This document shows positions 8,124 to 17,609 of a stretch of 64,000 bases of DNA, one piece after another; within the stretch, counting starts at the first letter, position 1; each line of letters opens with the position of its first letter. Under the pieces are notes generated by a model. That model was not told the origin of the DNA. It saw only the letters and a program-made list of their open reading frames with translations, and did not search any database. The DNA is taken from contig CALJUR010000108.1 in the NCBI GenBank assembly GCA_937975765.1, forward strand, positions 1,574 to 65,573, written 5' to 3'. A program made the position numbers and the translations under genes. Origin of the DNA: an uncultured Myxococcales bacterium (GTDB lineage: Bacteria; Myxococcota_A; UBA9042; DTJE01).

Positions 8124-11100
8124 TCACGTGGCCGTGGTGCCCGCAACGGCCAGCGTCCAGTTCTCGCAGGACGACCCGCTGACGAACCGCACCTCGATCT
8201 GGATCGTGAAACTGTCGTTGTCCAGCAGGCAGTCGTCGTTGCCGGTCACGGTGACCTGGTCCGTCGCGCCCTCGCCGTTGGTGGAGTGGGCCATCAGCGT
8301 GCCGCACGGCTGGTAGACGTACAGGTCGTAGTTGACGCCCGCCGGGACCGTCAGCGTGACCCGCGCGTGCAGGTCGGTGCAGCAGCCCGAGCACTCCTCG
8401 ATCGTGGCGCTGTACCAGTAGCCGCCGCGGCCGTTCCGGGTCGCCAGCGTGGACCAGGACGTGGACGGGCACAGGAAGCCGGACGTCATGTCGCCGCACT
8501 TCGAGCCCAGGTTCGTCGCGCTGCCGCACGCGTTGGCGTAGGTGGACAGGCTGGCCTCGCACCCGTTGACGGCGTTGCCGTCGCAGTTCGCCCAGCCGCT
8601 GTCGCACGCCCCCAGCACGCAGGTCCGCGTCGCGCAGGATTCGGCGGCGTGGTCGCGCGCGCACGAGGTGCTGCACGCGCCGCAATGCGCCAGCGTGTCC
8701 AGCGACTGCTCGCAGCCGTTGTTCACGTTGCCGTCGCAGGTGCCGTAGCCGGTGTTGCAGTTCGGGGTGCAGACGGACCCCACGCAGGCGTTCGTGCCGT
8801 TGACCTGCTGGCAGACCGTGCCGCACGCCCCGCAGTTGTCCGCATCGCTGGTCAGGTCGCGGCAGACGTTGCTGCAGCAGGCCCCGGTCGCGCACTCGGC
8901 GCCGCTGGTGCAGGCCTGCCCAGCGTCCTTGCGGCACGTGCCGCCGATGCAACTGTACCCGGTCTGGCAGTCCGACGGCTGGCTGCATGTCGTCCGGCAC
9001 AGGCCGGTCGCCGGGTTGCAGGCGTACCCGATGCATGCCTGCGATCCGCCGTCCGAGCAGGTGCCGGCGCCGTCGCAGGTGTCGGCCAGGTAGCTGGTGT
9101 TGCCCGTGCAGGAGGCCGCCTGGCAGGTGGTGCCCGCGTCGTACAGCGCGCACGACCGGGACCCGGAACACGCCCCGGTCCGGTCGCACGAGGACACCCC
9201 GTCCACCGGGCACTCGTTGTCCAGGTCCTGGCCCGCGGGCACCGGGTCGCACCAGCCGGCGCGTCCCGCCAGGTCGCAGGCCTCGCAGGTGCCGCCGCAG
9301 CGCGCCCGGCAGCAGACGCCGTCGGTGCAGAAGCCGGATGCGCACTCGGTGTCCGCCGAGCAGGCCACGCCGGCGGATCGCAGGCAGGCCGTCCCGACGC
9401 ACTCGTGATCCGCCGCGCAGTCCGCGTTGGCGCCGCAGGCGGCCAGGCAAAGGCCCGTGGCCGGCGAACAGACATACGGCGCGCAGGTCTTCGTTCCCGC
9501 GTCCAGGCACGACCCGCCACCGTCGCACAGGTCCGCCAGGATGGACGTCCCGGTGCCCAGGCAGGTCGCGGGGGCGCAGGTCGTGCCCACGGGGTACAGC
9601 GCGCAGGCGGACGCCCCCGAGCACATCCCGGTGCGGCCGCACGTCGAGGTCGGCTGGTCCGTGCACTCGTTGTCGTAGTCGCTGCCGGCCGGCACGGGCT
9701 CGCAGAAGCCCGCGGTGCCCGGCAGGTTGCAGCGCGCGCAGATCCCGTCGCACGCGGACTCGCAGCAGACGCCGTCGACGCAGAACCCGGTGGCGCACTC
9801 GGTTCCCGTCGAGCAGCCCTGGCCGGTCGACAGCAGGCAGGCACCGCCCACGCAGGTGCGGTTGGTGGTGCAGTCGCCGCTGCCGGTGCAGGTCGTGCGG
9901 CAGGCGCCCGTCGCCGCGTCGCACGTGTAGGGCTGGCAGTCCACGTTCGGCGAGTCCACGCACGTGCCGTTCCCGTCGCACGCGTCGGCCGGGTCCGACG
10001 ACACGCTGCTGGCGCAGACGGCCGCCGCGCAACCCGTGCCCTCCGGCAGCAGCGCGCAGGACCGCTGGCCCGAACACTCGCCCGTCCGGCCGCATGTCTT
10101 GATCGCGTCGGCGGGGCACTCGCCCGCGGGGTCCGTGCCCGCCGGCACCGGGTCGCAGAATCCCTCGCGACCCGCCTGGTTGCAGGACTCGCAGGTGCCG
10201 CTGCACCGCGTCCCGCAGCACGTCCCGTCCCAGCATTCGCCGCTGGCGCACTCGGTCCCCGAGGCGCAGGGCTGGCCCTCGTCCTTCTTGCAGGTGGTTC
10301 CGACGCACACGTACCCCGTCGTGCAGTCGTCGTCGATCGCACAGGTGGTGCGGCATGCCCCCGTCCCGGCGTCGCACCCGTACGACCCGCAGGGGACCGT
10401 CCGCGCGGCGAGGCAGGTCCCCAGCCCGTCGCACAGCGCGGCCAGGGCCATCGTCGCGTCGTCCACGCAGTACCCCGCGGCGCAGACCTTCCCGTCCGGG
10501 GCCAGCGCGCAGGACCGCAGGCCGCTGCACGCGCCCGTCGTGCCGCACGACAGGGCGCCGCTGTTCGCGCACTCCCCGTCCGGGTCCTCGCCGGACGGCA
10601 CCGCGGCGCAGCGCCCCTCCTGGCCGGCCAGCGCGCAGGACTCGCAGAGGCCGTGGCACCGTGCGTCGCAGCACACGCCGTCCGTGCAGAACCCGCGGGC
10701 GCACTCGGCGTCCGCGCCGCAGGGCTGGCCGTCGGCCTTCAGGCAGGCCGTGCCGGCGCATGCGTATCCCGCCTGGCAATCCGCGCTGGTGCCGCAGGTC
10801 GTCCGGCACCCCCCGGTCACCGGGTCGCAAAGGTACGGCAGGCACTGCACGATGCCCGCGTCGATGCACGCCCCGGCGCCGTCGCACGCGTCGACCGGAT
10901 ACGACGCGTACAGCGAGGCGCACGCCCGGACCGAGCACGGGGTGCCCTGCCCGAACAGCCGGCAGCCTCCCTGCCCGTCGCACGTGCCCTCCGTGCCGCA
11001 CGTCGAGGCCTCCCGGTTCGGGCACTCGGCGTCGGGGTCGGTCTGGTCCGGCATCCACGTGCACGTGCCCTCGCTGCCTCCCAGGTCGCACGCCTCGCAC

Positions 11101-13439
11101 AGCCCGTCGCACGCCCGGTCGCAGCAGCGCCCGTCCACGCACAGCAGCGTGGCGCACTCCATCCCGTCCGCGCACGAGGCGCCCTCGACCTTCCGGCAGG
11201 CCCCCTGCGAGCACCGCGTGCCGGCCTGGCACTGGTCGTCCTGCACGCAGGCCGTCAGGCAGGTGCCGGTCGTGGTGTCGCAGACGTACGGGTGGCAGGC
11301 GGTGGTGCCGCCGTCGATGCACGCCCCCTTCCCGTCGCACTCGTCGGTGTTGGCGGAGGTCCCCGCGTCCAGGCACTCGGCCGGGTGGCACGTGGACCCG
11401 ACGGCCCACAGCGAGCAGGACCGGAAGCCCGAACAAGTCCCGGTCAGCCCGCAGCCCTCCGCACCCGAGGCCTCGCACTCGTCGCCCGGGTCCTGCCCCT
11501 CCGGCACGGCCAGGCACTCGCCGACGGCGCCCTCCAGGTCGCACACCTCGCAGGTCCCGTCGCAGCGCGACCCGCAGCACACGCCGTCGGTGCAGAAGCC
11601 GGACGCGCACTCGGCGTCCGCGCTGCACCCCTGGCCCTCGTCCCGCAGGCAGTACCCGTCGGCGCAGGCGAAGCCGGGCCCGCAGTCCCGGTCGAAGAAG
11701 CACGACTGCCGGCACAGGCCGGTCGCGGCGTCGCACGTGAACGGGGCGCAGTCGATCGTCCCCCGGTCCAGGCAGGCGCCCAGGCCGTCGCAGGTGGACG
11801 AGGCGTGCGCCACCGTCGCCGCGTCGCACGCGGAAGGCGCGCAGACCGTCCCCGCGGGCCACAGCGTGCAGGCGGACAGCCCCGAGCACTCGCCGGTCGT
11901 GCCGCACGTCGCCGGGTCGGCAGCCGCGCATTCCGCGTCCGGGTCGGTGCCGACAGGCAGCGGCGTGCAGGTCCCCTTCGTCTGGGCCAGGTCGCACCGC
12001 TCGCACGTGCCGTCGCAGCGGGAATCGCAGCAGACACCGTCGACGCACAGGCCCCGGACGCACTCGTCGTCCCCGCCGCACGGCTGGCCGGGGACCTTAC
12101 GGCACACGCCATCGTCGCACGTCCAGGGGGCCTGGCAGTCCTCCGGCCCGGTGCAGGACGCCAGGCACCCCTTCTGCGCCGTCGAGCACACCGTCGGGAA
12201 GCACTCGGCCAGCGTGTCCTCGTCGGTGGTGCCGTCGCAGTCGTCGTCCACGCCGTTGCACCGCTCGGTGGCCGTGGGCTTCACCGCGCCGTCGCCGTCG
12301 TCGCAATCGCCGCCCGTCGTCACGTCGTAGGGCGCCTCGCCCTGGCACAGGCACTTCGAGTCGCCGTCCACGCCGTAGCGATCCCGGTCCTCGTCCTTCA
12401 GGAAGTTCGTGCAGCCCGCGGCACCCTCCTCGTCCACCTCGCGGTCGCAGTCCTCGTCCAGCCCGTTGCCGCACACCTCCGGGGCCGCGGCCGTGCCCTC
12501 GCACAGCGGCTTGCCCCCCACGCACCGGGACGTGCCGGGGCACTCGCCATACGCGTTGACGATCGTGCAGGCCTGGCCGTCCAGCCCCTGGTCGGTGGCG
12601 CCGTCGCAGTCGTTGTCCGCCCCGTCGCAGGTCTCGGCGACCGGCGTCGCCGCGGTGCACGGCGCGTCGCAGGTGCGCTCGGCCGTGCAGGTCCAGTCGC
12701 CCACGGTCACCCGGCAGACCGTCAGCGCCCCCTCGTCCCGGTACCGGTCGGTGCACGGGCACGGTTCGCCTTCCGCCGGCCGGCACTGCTTCGCCGACAC
12801 GCGCCCGGAGGTCGCGTCGACGCAGTCGTACCCGTCCGGGCAGTCCCCGGCGACCTCGCACCCCGACCCGCAGAAGCTCCCCTCGGGACCCTGCTCGAGG
12901 CACAGGAACCGCCGGTTGCCCCCTCCGAGGATCTGGCAGTCCGCCGCAGTCCGGCAAGGGCGGCACAGGTTCGCGTGGCGGTCGATGCACCCGAAGACCG
13001 GCTCGTCGCCCACGCTGCTGATCTGCTCGCAGCCCCAGCCCGGCGGGCAGTCGATGCCCAGGCCGCACAGCTTCGAGCAGACCGATCCATCCCGGGTCAT
13101 CGTGCAGAAGCCGGACAGGCAGTCCGCGTTGTCCGAACAGGCACAGCCGAAGCCGTGGCAGTCCGCCGCGGAGTCGGCCTCGGCGTCCAGCGGTGCATCG
13201 CCGTCCGGCAGCGTGTCCCCGGGGGGCAGTTCGCCGCCCGGATCCGCGGGGATGCCGTCCTCCTCGGCCAGGTCGCACCGCTCGCAGCCGGGGTCGGCCA
13301 GGTCGGGCAACTCGCCGGTCCCGGGGTCCGCCACGGGGGTGTCGGGCTGGCCGGCGCCGTCGTCCAGCGCCACCTTCCCGTTCCCCTCGCACGCCGCCAT
13401 CGCCAGCACCAGGCCCAGCGCCAGGATCCCGCGTCGCAT
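8124..13439 (-). CDS. giant (1771 aa) cysteine-rich repeat lipoprotein; N-terminal MopE-like CxGxDDDCDG motifs followed by ~16 tandem ~100-aa Cys-rich modules (myxobacterial Cys-rich repeat type)
   Basis: Lipobox in MRRGILALGLVLAMAAC. Reiterated module ...CxxGxCxxGxCCxxxCxGxCExCxLxGxxGxCxxVPxGxDPxxEC.... GGGGAGG RBS. The opposite-strand 1491-aa and 1830-aa ORFs are artefacts. Confidence 0.85.
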   Translation of the reverse strand: MRRGILALGLVLAMAACEGNGKVALDDGAGQPDTPVADPGTGELPDLADPGCERCDLAEEDGIPADPGGELPPGDTLPDGDAPLDAEADSAADCHGFGCACSDNADCLSGFCTMTRDGSVCSKLCGLGIDCPPGWGCEQISSVGDEPVFGCIDRHANLCRPCRTAADCQILGGGNRRFLCLEQGPEGSFCGSGCEVAGDCPDGYDCVDATSGRVSAKQCRPAEGEPCPCTDRYRDEGALTVCRVTVGDWTCTAERTCDAPCTAATPVAETCDGADNDCDGATDQGLDGQACTIVNAYGECPGTSRCVGGKPLCEGTAAAPEVCGNGLDEDCDREVDEEGAAGCTNFLKDEDRDRYGVDGDSKCLCQGEAPYDVTTGGDCDDGDGAVKPTATERCNGVDDDCDGTTDEDTLAECFPTVCSTAQKGCLASCTGPEDCQAPWTCDDGVCRKVPGQPCGGDDECVRGLCVDGVCCDSRCDGTCERCDLAQTKGTCTPLPVGTDPDAECAAADPATCGTTGECSGLSACTLWPAGTVCAPSACDAATVAHASSTCDGLGACLDRGTIDCAPFTCDAATGLCRQSCFFDRDCGPGFACADGYCLRDEGQGCSADAECASGFCTDGVCCGSRCDGTCEVCDLEGAVGECLAVPEGQDPGDECEASGAEGCGLTGTCSGFRSCSLWAVGSTCHPAECLDAGTSANTDECDGKGACIDGGTTACHPYVCDTTTGTCLTACVQDDQCQAGTRCSQGACRKVEGASCADGMECATLLCVDGRCCDRACDGLCEACDLGGSEGTCTWMPDQTDPDAECPNREASTCGTEGTCDGQGGCRLFGQGTPCSVRACASLYASYPVDACDGAGACIDAGIVQCLPYLCDPVTGGCRTTCGTSADCQAGYACAGTACLKADGQPCGADAECARGFCTDGVCCDARCHGLCESCALAGQEGRCAAVPSGEDPDGECANSGALSCGTTGACSGLRSCALAPDGKVCAAGYCVDDATMALAALCDGLGTCLAARTVPCGSYGCDAGTGACRTTCAIDDDCTTGYVCVGTTCKKDEGQPCASGTECASGECWDGTCCGTRCSGTCESCNQAGREGFCDPVPAGTDPAGECPADAIKTCGRTGECSGQRSCALLPEGTGCAAAVCASSVSSDPADACDGNGTCVDSPNVDCQPYTCDAATGACRTTCTGSGDCTTNRTCVGGACLLSTGQGCSTGTECATGFCVDGVCCESACDGICARCNLPGTAGFCEPVPAGSDYDNECTDQPTSTCGRTGMCSGASACALYPVGTTCAPATCLGTGTSILADLCDGGGSCLDAGTKTCAPYVCSPATGLCLAACGANADCAADHECVGTACLRSAGVACSADTECASGFCTDGVCCRARCGGTCEACDLAGRAGWCDPVPAGQDLDNECPVDGVSSCDRTGACSGSRSCALYDAGTTCQAASCTGNTSYLADTCDGAGTCSDGGSQACIGYACNPATGLCRTTCSQPSDCQTGYSCIGGTCRKDAGQACTSGAECATGACCSNVCRDLTSDADNCGACGTVCQQVNGTNACVGSVCTPNCNTGYGTCDGNVNNGCEQSLDTLAHCGACSTSCARDHAAESCATRTCVLGACDSGWANCDGNAVNGCEASLSTYANACGSATNLGSKCGDMTSGFLCPSTSWSTLATRNGRGGYWYSATIEECSGCCTDLHARVTLTVPAGVNYDLYVYQPCGTLMAHSTNGEGATDQVTVTGNDDCLLDNDSFTIQIEVRFVSGSSCENWTLAVAGTTAT

Positions 13440-13593
13440 CGGATGCCTCCCCGCACCCCGGGCCGGGGCGCGTCCTGGACGGTCAACACTGCCGCATCGA
13501 GGCCATTCTACCGGCGAGGGGGCGAAAGTTCGACCGGGATCGCGCCGGGGTGCAGGCGCACGTAAGCACGGCGACGTCCGTCGGCCGGGGGGT

Positions 13594-14973
13594 TCAGAAC
13601 GTGTACGCCAGCGCCCAGCACAGCAGCATCACCAGCGGCGCGTGCACCAGCAACTGCAGGATCGAGAAGCCGGCCAGTTCGCGGGCCCTCGCGTTCAGCA
13701 GGCCCATCAGCGGCAGCATCCAGAAGGGGTTGACCAGGTTCGGCAGGGCCTCCGCGGCGTTGTAGATCTGCACCACCCAGCCGGCATCCGTGCCGTGCGC
13801 GCCGGCCGCGGCCAGCAGGTAGGGCGCCTCGATTACCCACTTGCCGCCGCCGGACGGCACGAACAGGCCCAGCACGGCCGAGTACGCCGCCGTGAACAGC
13901 GGGAAGGTGTGCGGCGTGGTCACCGACGTGAACGCATCGGCCAGCAGCGCCGACAGCGCGGTGCCGGTCAGGATCCCGAAGATGCCGCCGTAGAACGGGA
14001 ACTGCACCAGCACGCCGCCGGTCGCCGGGACCGCGCCCGACACGGCCTTCAGGAAGGACCGCGGCCGGCCGTGCAGCACCATCCCCAGCATCAGGAAGGC
14101 CAGGTTGTAGGTGTTCAGGTCCAGCGCCGCCAGGCCGCCCTTCTCGGCGAAGACGATCGCGAGGTAGGCGATGCCCAGCGCCGCGACGGACAGCGACAGC
14201 ACGCGGCTGTGCTCCAGGCGCTCGCCGGGCGTGGCGGGCGCGTCCACGGTGACGACCGGGGGCTGCAGGCGCACGTCCAGGTCCTCGGCGGTGCGGACGC
14301 GGTCCTCGGCGGGGTACGAGAACCAGGCGACGACGACCGACACGGCCACCAGCGCCACGACCAGGACGAGGTTCTGCCACAGGAACAGGGTGCGGGACAG
14401 CGGCAGCACGCCGGTGACGTCCTTCAGCGCGGCGGGCAGCGCGTCGGGCGTGGCCATCATCAGCGCGGCCGACGACGACAGGCCCAGCGCCCAGATGCTG
14501 CCCAGGCCCAGGTAGGCCGCGGCGCCCAGGGCGCGGAAGTCCACGCGGCGGTGCCGGGTCGCCAGTTCGCGGACCAGCAGGCCGCTGAAGATGAGGCTGA
14601 AGCCCCACGACAGCAGCGAGGCCAGCATGGCGAACAGGGCGGTGAAGGCGACGGCGCCGCGCGGCGTGCGCGGGATGCGGGCGATCCGGCGGATCAGGCC
14701 GTGCACGGGCGGCGACACGGCCACCACGTAGCCGCCCAGGATGACCATGGCCATCTGCATCGTGAACGGGACCAGCGACCAGAAGCCCTTGCCGAAGGCG
14801 CGGGCCATCTCCAGCGGGCCGGCGCCGGCGAGGAGGCCGCCGCAGAAGACGATCGCCACGGCCAGCAGGGCGAAGACGAAGGCGTCCGGGAAGTACCGTT
14901 CGGACCAGTCCGCCAGGCCCGCGCCCCACCGGGACAACCAGCCACCACCACCGGGATTCGTTCGCGTTTCCAT
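13594..14973 (-). CDS. short-chain fatty acid transporter, AtoE family
   Basis: N-terminus SERYFPDAFVFALLAVAIVF matches the AtoE family start. Polytopic, 459 aa. Confidence 0.7.
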   Translation of the reverse strand: METRTNPGGGGWLSRWGAGLADWSERYFPDAFVFALLAVAIVFCGGLLAGAGPLEMARAFGKGFWSLVPFTMQMAMVILGGYVVAVSPPVHGLIRRIARIPRTPRGAVAFTALFAMLASLLSWGFSLIFSGLLVRELATRHRRVDFRALGAAAYLGLGSIWALGLSSSAALMMATPDALPAALKDVTGVLPLSRTLFLWQNLVLVVALVAVSVVVAWFSYPAEDRVRTAEDLDVRLQPPVVTVDAPATPGERLEHSRVLSLSVAALGIAYLAIVFAEKGGLAALDLNTYNLAFLMLGMVLHGRPRSFLKAVSGAVPATGGVLVQFPFYGGIFGILTGTALSALLADAFTSVTTPHTFPLFTAAYSAVLGLFVPSGGGKWVIEAPYLLAAAGAHGTDAGWVVQIYNAAEALPNLVNPFWMLPLMGLLNARARELAGFSILQLLVHAPLVMLLCWALAYTF

Positions 14974-15275
14974 GCGGCGGTTCTACCACGAGGCCGGGCC
15001 GGGGGGCCAGGGCGGGCGAGGTCGGGATGTCGATGCCGCGGCGCCGTGCGGCGGCGACGGCACCGTGGAGATCCCGGACACCGGATGCGCCGACCACATG
15101 GCCACCTGCGCGGCCTCCCACTCCGACGCGGTCCAGCCGTTCCGAGGCGCGTCCGGTCGCGTTTTACGCCGAAGGTCCTGGCCCGCCTGCACGCTCGGGA
15201 ACTCGCACCCACCCCGGGGGGAGGGCAGCATCGGGGGCACAATGTTCCTGCCGGTCGTCGGTGCCTCGCGGGCGA

Positions 15276-15914
15276 TCACCGGACGGCCGCGATCTCCACG
15301 AGCACACTGCGCAGCTTGCCGAAGCTCCGGGAGGTGTTCCGAGCGGGCTCCATGCGTGCCGCGATTGCCCGGGCAGCTTCGATCTTGCGCAATCCGCCCC
15401 TGAAGTAGCCAGCCCTTTGCAGTTCGCGCTCGAATGCCTCCCAGGTGCCGCCCGCAACGGCATCGGGGTCGCGGAACCCCGCGCGCGAAGGGATCGTTGC
15501 CGGAACGTTCGGATAGGCGGCCCGAACCGCCGCCCAGTCCCCGAAATACCAGGCCTCAAGTTCCTCGATGGCAAGGCGGTTGACCACGGTCCATCTGGAG
15601 TTGGAACCGGGAGATCGGGGCACAAGGCCGACGTCCTTCACCATCCTGTCCAGTCGCTGCTTCAGCGCGACGCACTGGTCGTTGTCGCGATCGACCACGA
15701 CCACCACGCGAACGTGATCGCGGAACCAAGGGTCGCTCCGCATCCGGTTGGCATACCCCTGCATGCGCTGGGGCAGGCGCTCCAGGAGTTCGTCCTTGCA
15801 CTGGAAGGGGAAGACCTCGTGGGGCAGGTTTCCCAGGATCCTGGGCAGCAACAGGCGCAGCGCCGCCTCCATGGAGGGTTCTTCGACCAGGACCTCGACA
15901 TGATCGACGCTCAT
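15276..15914 (-). CDS. DUF4276-family protein (212 aa), putative TOPRIM-like effector partner of the upstream ATPase
   Basis: Length and pattern of DUF4276: N-terminal [23 protein letters not shown], central [11 protein letters not shown] (DxD), [13 protein letters not shown] 15912-15914 overlaps the ATPase TGA (ATGA). The track's longer start is in-frame upstream read-through. Confidence 0.65.
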   Translation of the reverse strand: MSVDHVEVLVEEPSMEAALRLLLPRILGNLPHEVFPFQCKDELLERLPQRMQGYANRMRSDPWFRDHVRVVVVVDRDNDQCVALKQRLDRMVKDVGLVPRSPGSNSRWTVVNRLAIEELEAWYFGDWAAVRAAYPNVPATIPSRAGFRDPDAVAGGTWEAFERELQRAGYFRGGLRKIEAARAIAARMEPARNTSRSFGKLRSVLVEIAAVR

Positions 15915-17149
15915 CGCCCCTTCCCCGTCCCGGAAGGGGCTCCCAGACGCACCAGCGGATCGCCGACGCCGAATCGGCCCTCCATCCACAAATGGCCCAG
16001 CGTGGCGCCCGCCTCCACATGCTCCCGCACACCAGCGATGTCTCCTGCCTTAAGCGTCTGCGAGTATCCTTCCGGGTCTCGCCACAGGACCCGGACCTCG
16101 TCCGGCCGCAGAGCGTTCAGGAAGAACGGCGAGTGCGTCGTGACCAGCATCTGCGTCCGCTCGCTGGCCGCGCGACACTCCTCGGCCAGTTCCGGCAGCA
16201 GTCTCGGGTGCAGGAAGTTCTCGGGTTCCTCGATTCCGATGAATGGCGGAGGATTGGGGTCGTACAGCAGCACCAGGTATGCCAGCATCTTCAGCGTGCC
16301 GTCGGAAGCGAACCGGGCCAGGACCGGATTGTTGAACGGCGCGTCCTTGATCTGGAGAAGCAGCCGGCCGTCCGGCATGGTTTCGGACAGGACCTTCTCG
16401 ATCCGGGGCACCCGTCGACGAAGCACCTCGAAAATCCGCTCCAGGCGTTCCGGATGGCGTTCCGCGAGGAACTGGATCACGTTCGCAAGGTTGTCCCCGG
16501 TCTTCGCCAGGCGCTCCTGGGGTCCCGCCTCGGGCTGGCCGCGCATGCTCTCGGCAGCAAGGTAGGACACGTACCATCCCGTGATGAAATCCCGTAATGC
16601 CGCCACGCGGGGGTGTTCTGCGAACTGGCCAAGGGCATTCACTGCCAGCAGGTCCGGGGACTTCAGAGGGACCTCCGCGCGGTGGTCCTGCTCGTCGGGC
16701 AGTTCCCCGCTGACCGCCCTCCCCTGGCCCTCGCGATAGTCCAGGAACTTGAACGGCCGGCCGTGGGCACCCCGCTTCCACTGCAACCACTCCTCGACGA
16801 CGACAGGCGTCCCTGTACCGCGCTCGTCGATGGCGAGGTGGTACGTGATCAGGGGGAACCCGTGTTCGCGATACTTCAACTCGATCGATACGGGGCCTGT
16901 CGATCCCCGGCTCCGCAGTTCCTTCGCGCGTCCCCGCTTGTCCCAGGCGCGCCGAAGTCCCATTTCGAAGCACTCGGCCATGAATGCGAACACGTCAAAG
17001 ACCGTGGACTTGCCGCCGCCATTCGGGCCCAGGAGGACCGTCATCGGCGTCATCGTCTTGAACTCGACCTCGCGCAGGGCGCGGAAGTTCCGGACCTTCA
17101 GGTACTCGATCCGCGCCAGCGCCCGCGGTCGATCCGTGGCCGGTTTCAT
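15911..17149 (-). CDS. AAA_21-type ABC ATPase (OLD/AbiEii-like N-terminal ATPase), 412 aa
   Basis: Walker [13 protein letters not shown] signature, Walker B and D-loop [23 protein letters not shown]-loop TTHSP. GGAGGTGG RBS 5 nt before ATG 17149. Confidence 0.85.
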   Translation of the reverse strand: MKPATDRPRALARIEYLKVRNFRALREVEFKTMTPMTVLLGPNGGGKSTVFDVFAFMAECFEMGLRRAWDKRGRAKELRSRGSTGPVSIELKYREHGFPLITYHLAIDERGTGTPVVVEEWLQWKRGAHGRPFKFLDYREGQGRAVSGELPDEQDHRAEVPLKSPDLLAVNALGQFAEHPRVAALRDFITGWYVSYLAAESMRGQPEAGPQERLAKTGDNLANVIQFLAERHPERLERIFEVLRRRVPRIEKVLSETMPDGRLLLQIKDAPFNNPVLARFASDGTLKMLAYLVLLYDPNPPPFIGIEEPENFLHPRLLPELAEECRAASERTQMLVTTHSPFFLNALRPDEVRVLWRDPEGYSQTLKAGDIAGVREHVEAGATLGHLWMEGRFGVGDPLVRLGAPSGTGKGR

Positions 17150-17609
17150 GGAACCACCTCCGGGAATCTCATCGAGTCATCGGCCTCCCACTCGTCCGAT
17201 GCAAGTCTCGGAACCGGCGAACAGCGCATCCACACGAACACCTCGGCGCTGCCTGGCCGCGTTGCGTCCGGGTTCAATGGCGAGTCTTACTTCAGAACGA
17301 TGACAGCGGTTTGATGATGACGGGTCACTGGGTGGGCCCCGATGGGCGCAGACAAAAGGGTTCGGCCCGACGGGTTCGAAGGCGGCGGCGACGCCCTGTC
17401 CACGGTCTGCCGGCCTGGCCGGAGCAATCGTCGCCACGGCTGCGGGAACCGGGACATGGTGTCACCACGGACCCCGGGATCGCGGCCACTCGCCGGAAGT
17501 TTCAGGTGCCCCTGAGCCATCACGCCGCAAGAGGTGATCCGGCAGGACGCGCGCTACGGGGCGGCCTCCGCGGGATGGTACGATGCGGCATCCCTGCATG
17601 GAGCCCGGC

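Noticed and set aside
8103-8318. 72-aa plus-strand ORF after conserved-element copy 1
   Set aside because: Codon-aligned antisense of the 3' end of the Cys-rich gene. GC3 bias is explained by the GC1 of the real gene. No independent support.
7606-13565. 1491-aa (minus, alternate frame) and 1830-aa (plus) ORFs spanning the Cys-rich gene
   Set aside because: Pure Arg/Gly/Pro/Ala strings with no motifs. They are out-of-frame and antisense readings of the real repeat gene at 8124..13439.
15238-15257. sigma-54-like sequence CGGCAGGAACATTGTG on the minus strand upstream of the AtoE-family gene
   Set aside because: The -12 element is GT rather than the near-invariant GC, and it lies 265 nt from the start. 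Attractive because E. coli ato genes are sigma-54/AtoC dependent, but not supported by the sequence.
17360-17380. GGGTTCGAAGG resembling a tRNA T-loop
   Set aside because: Positions corresponding to Y60/C61 are G/G and no acceptor or anticodon stems can be drawn. Not a tRNA.
15270-17540. 10-bp inverted match GGCCGCGATC in both flanks of the ATPase/DUF4276 module as possible insertion scars
   Set aside because: Too short and too GC-rich to distinguish from chance at this base composition.
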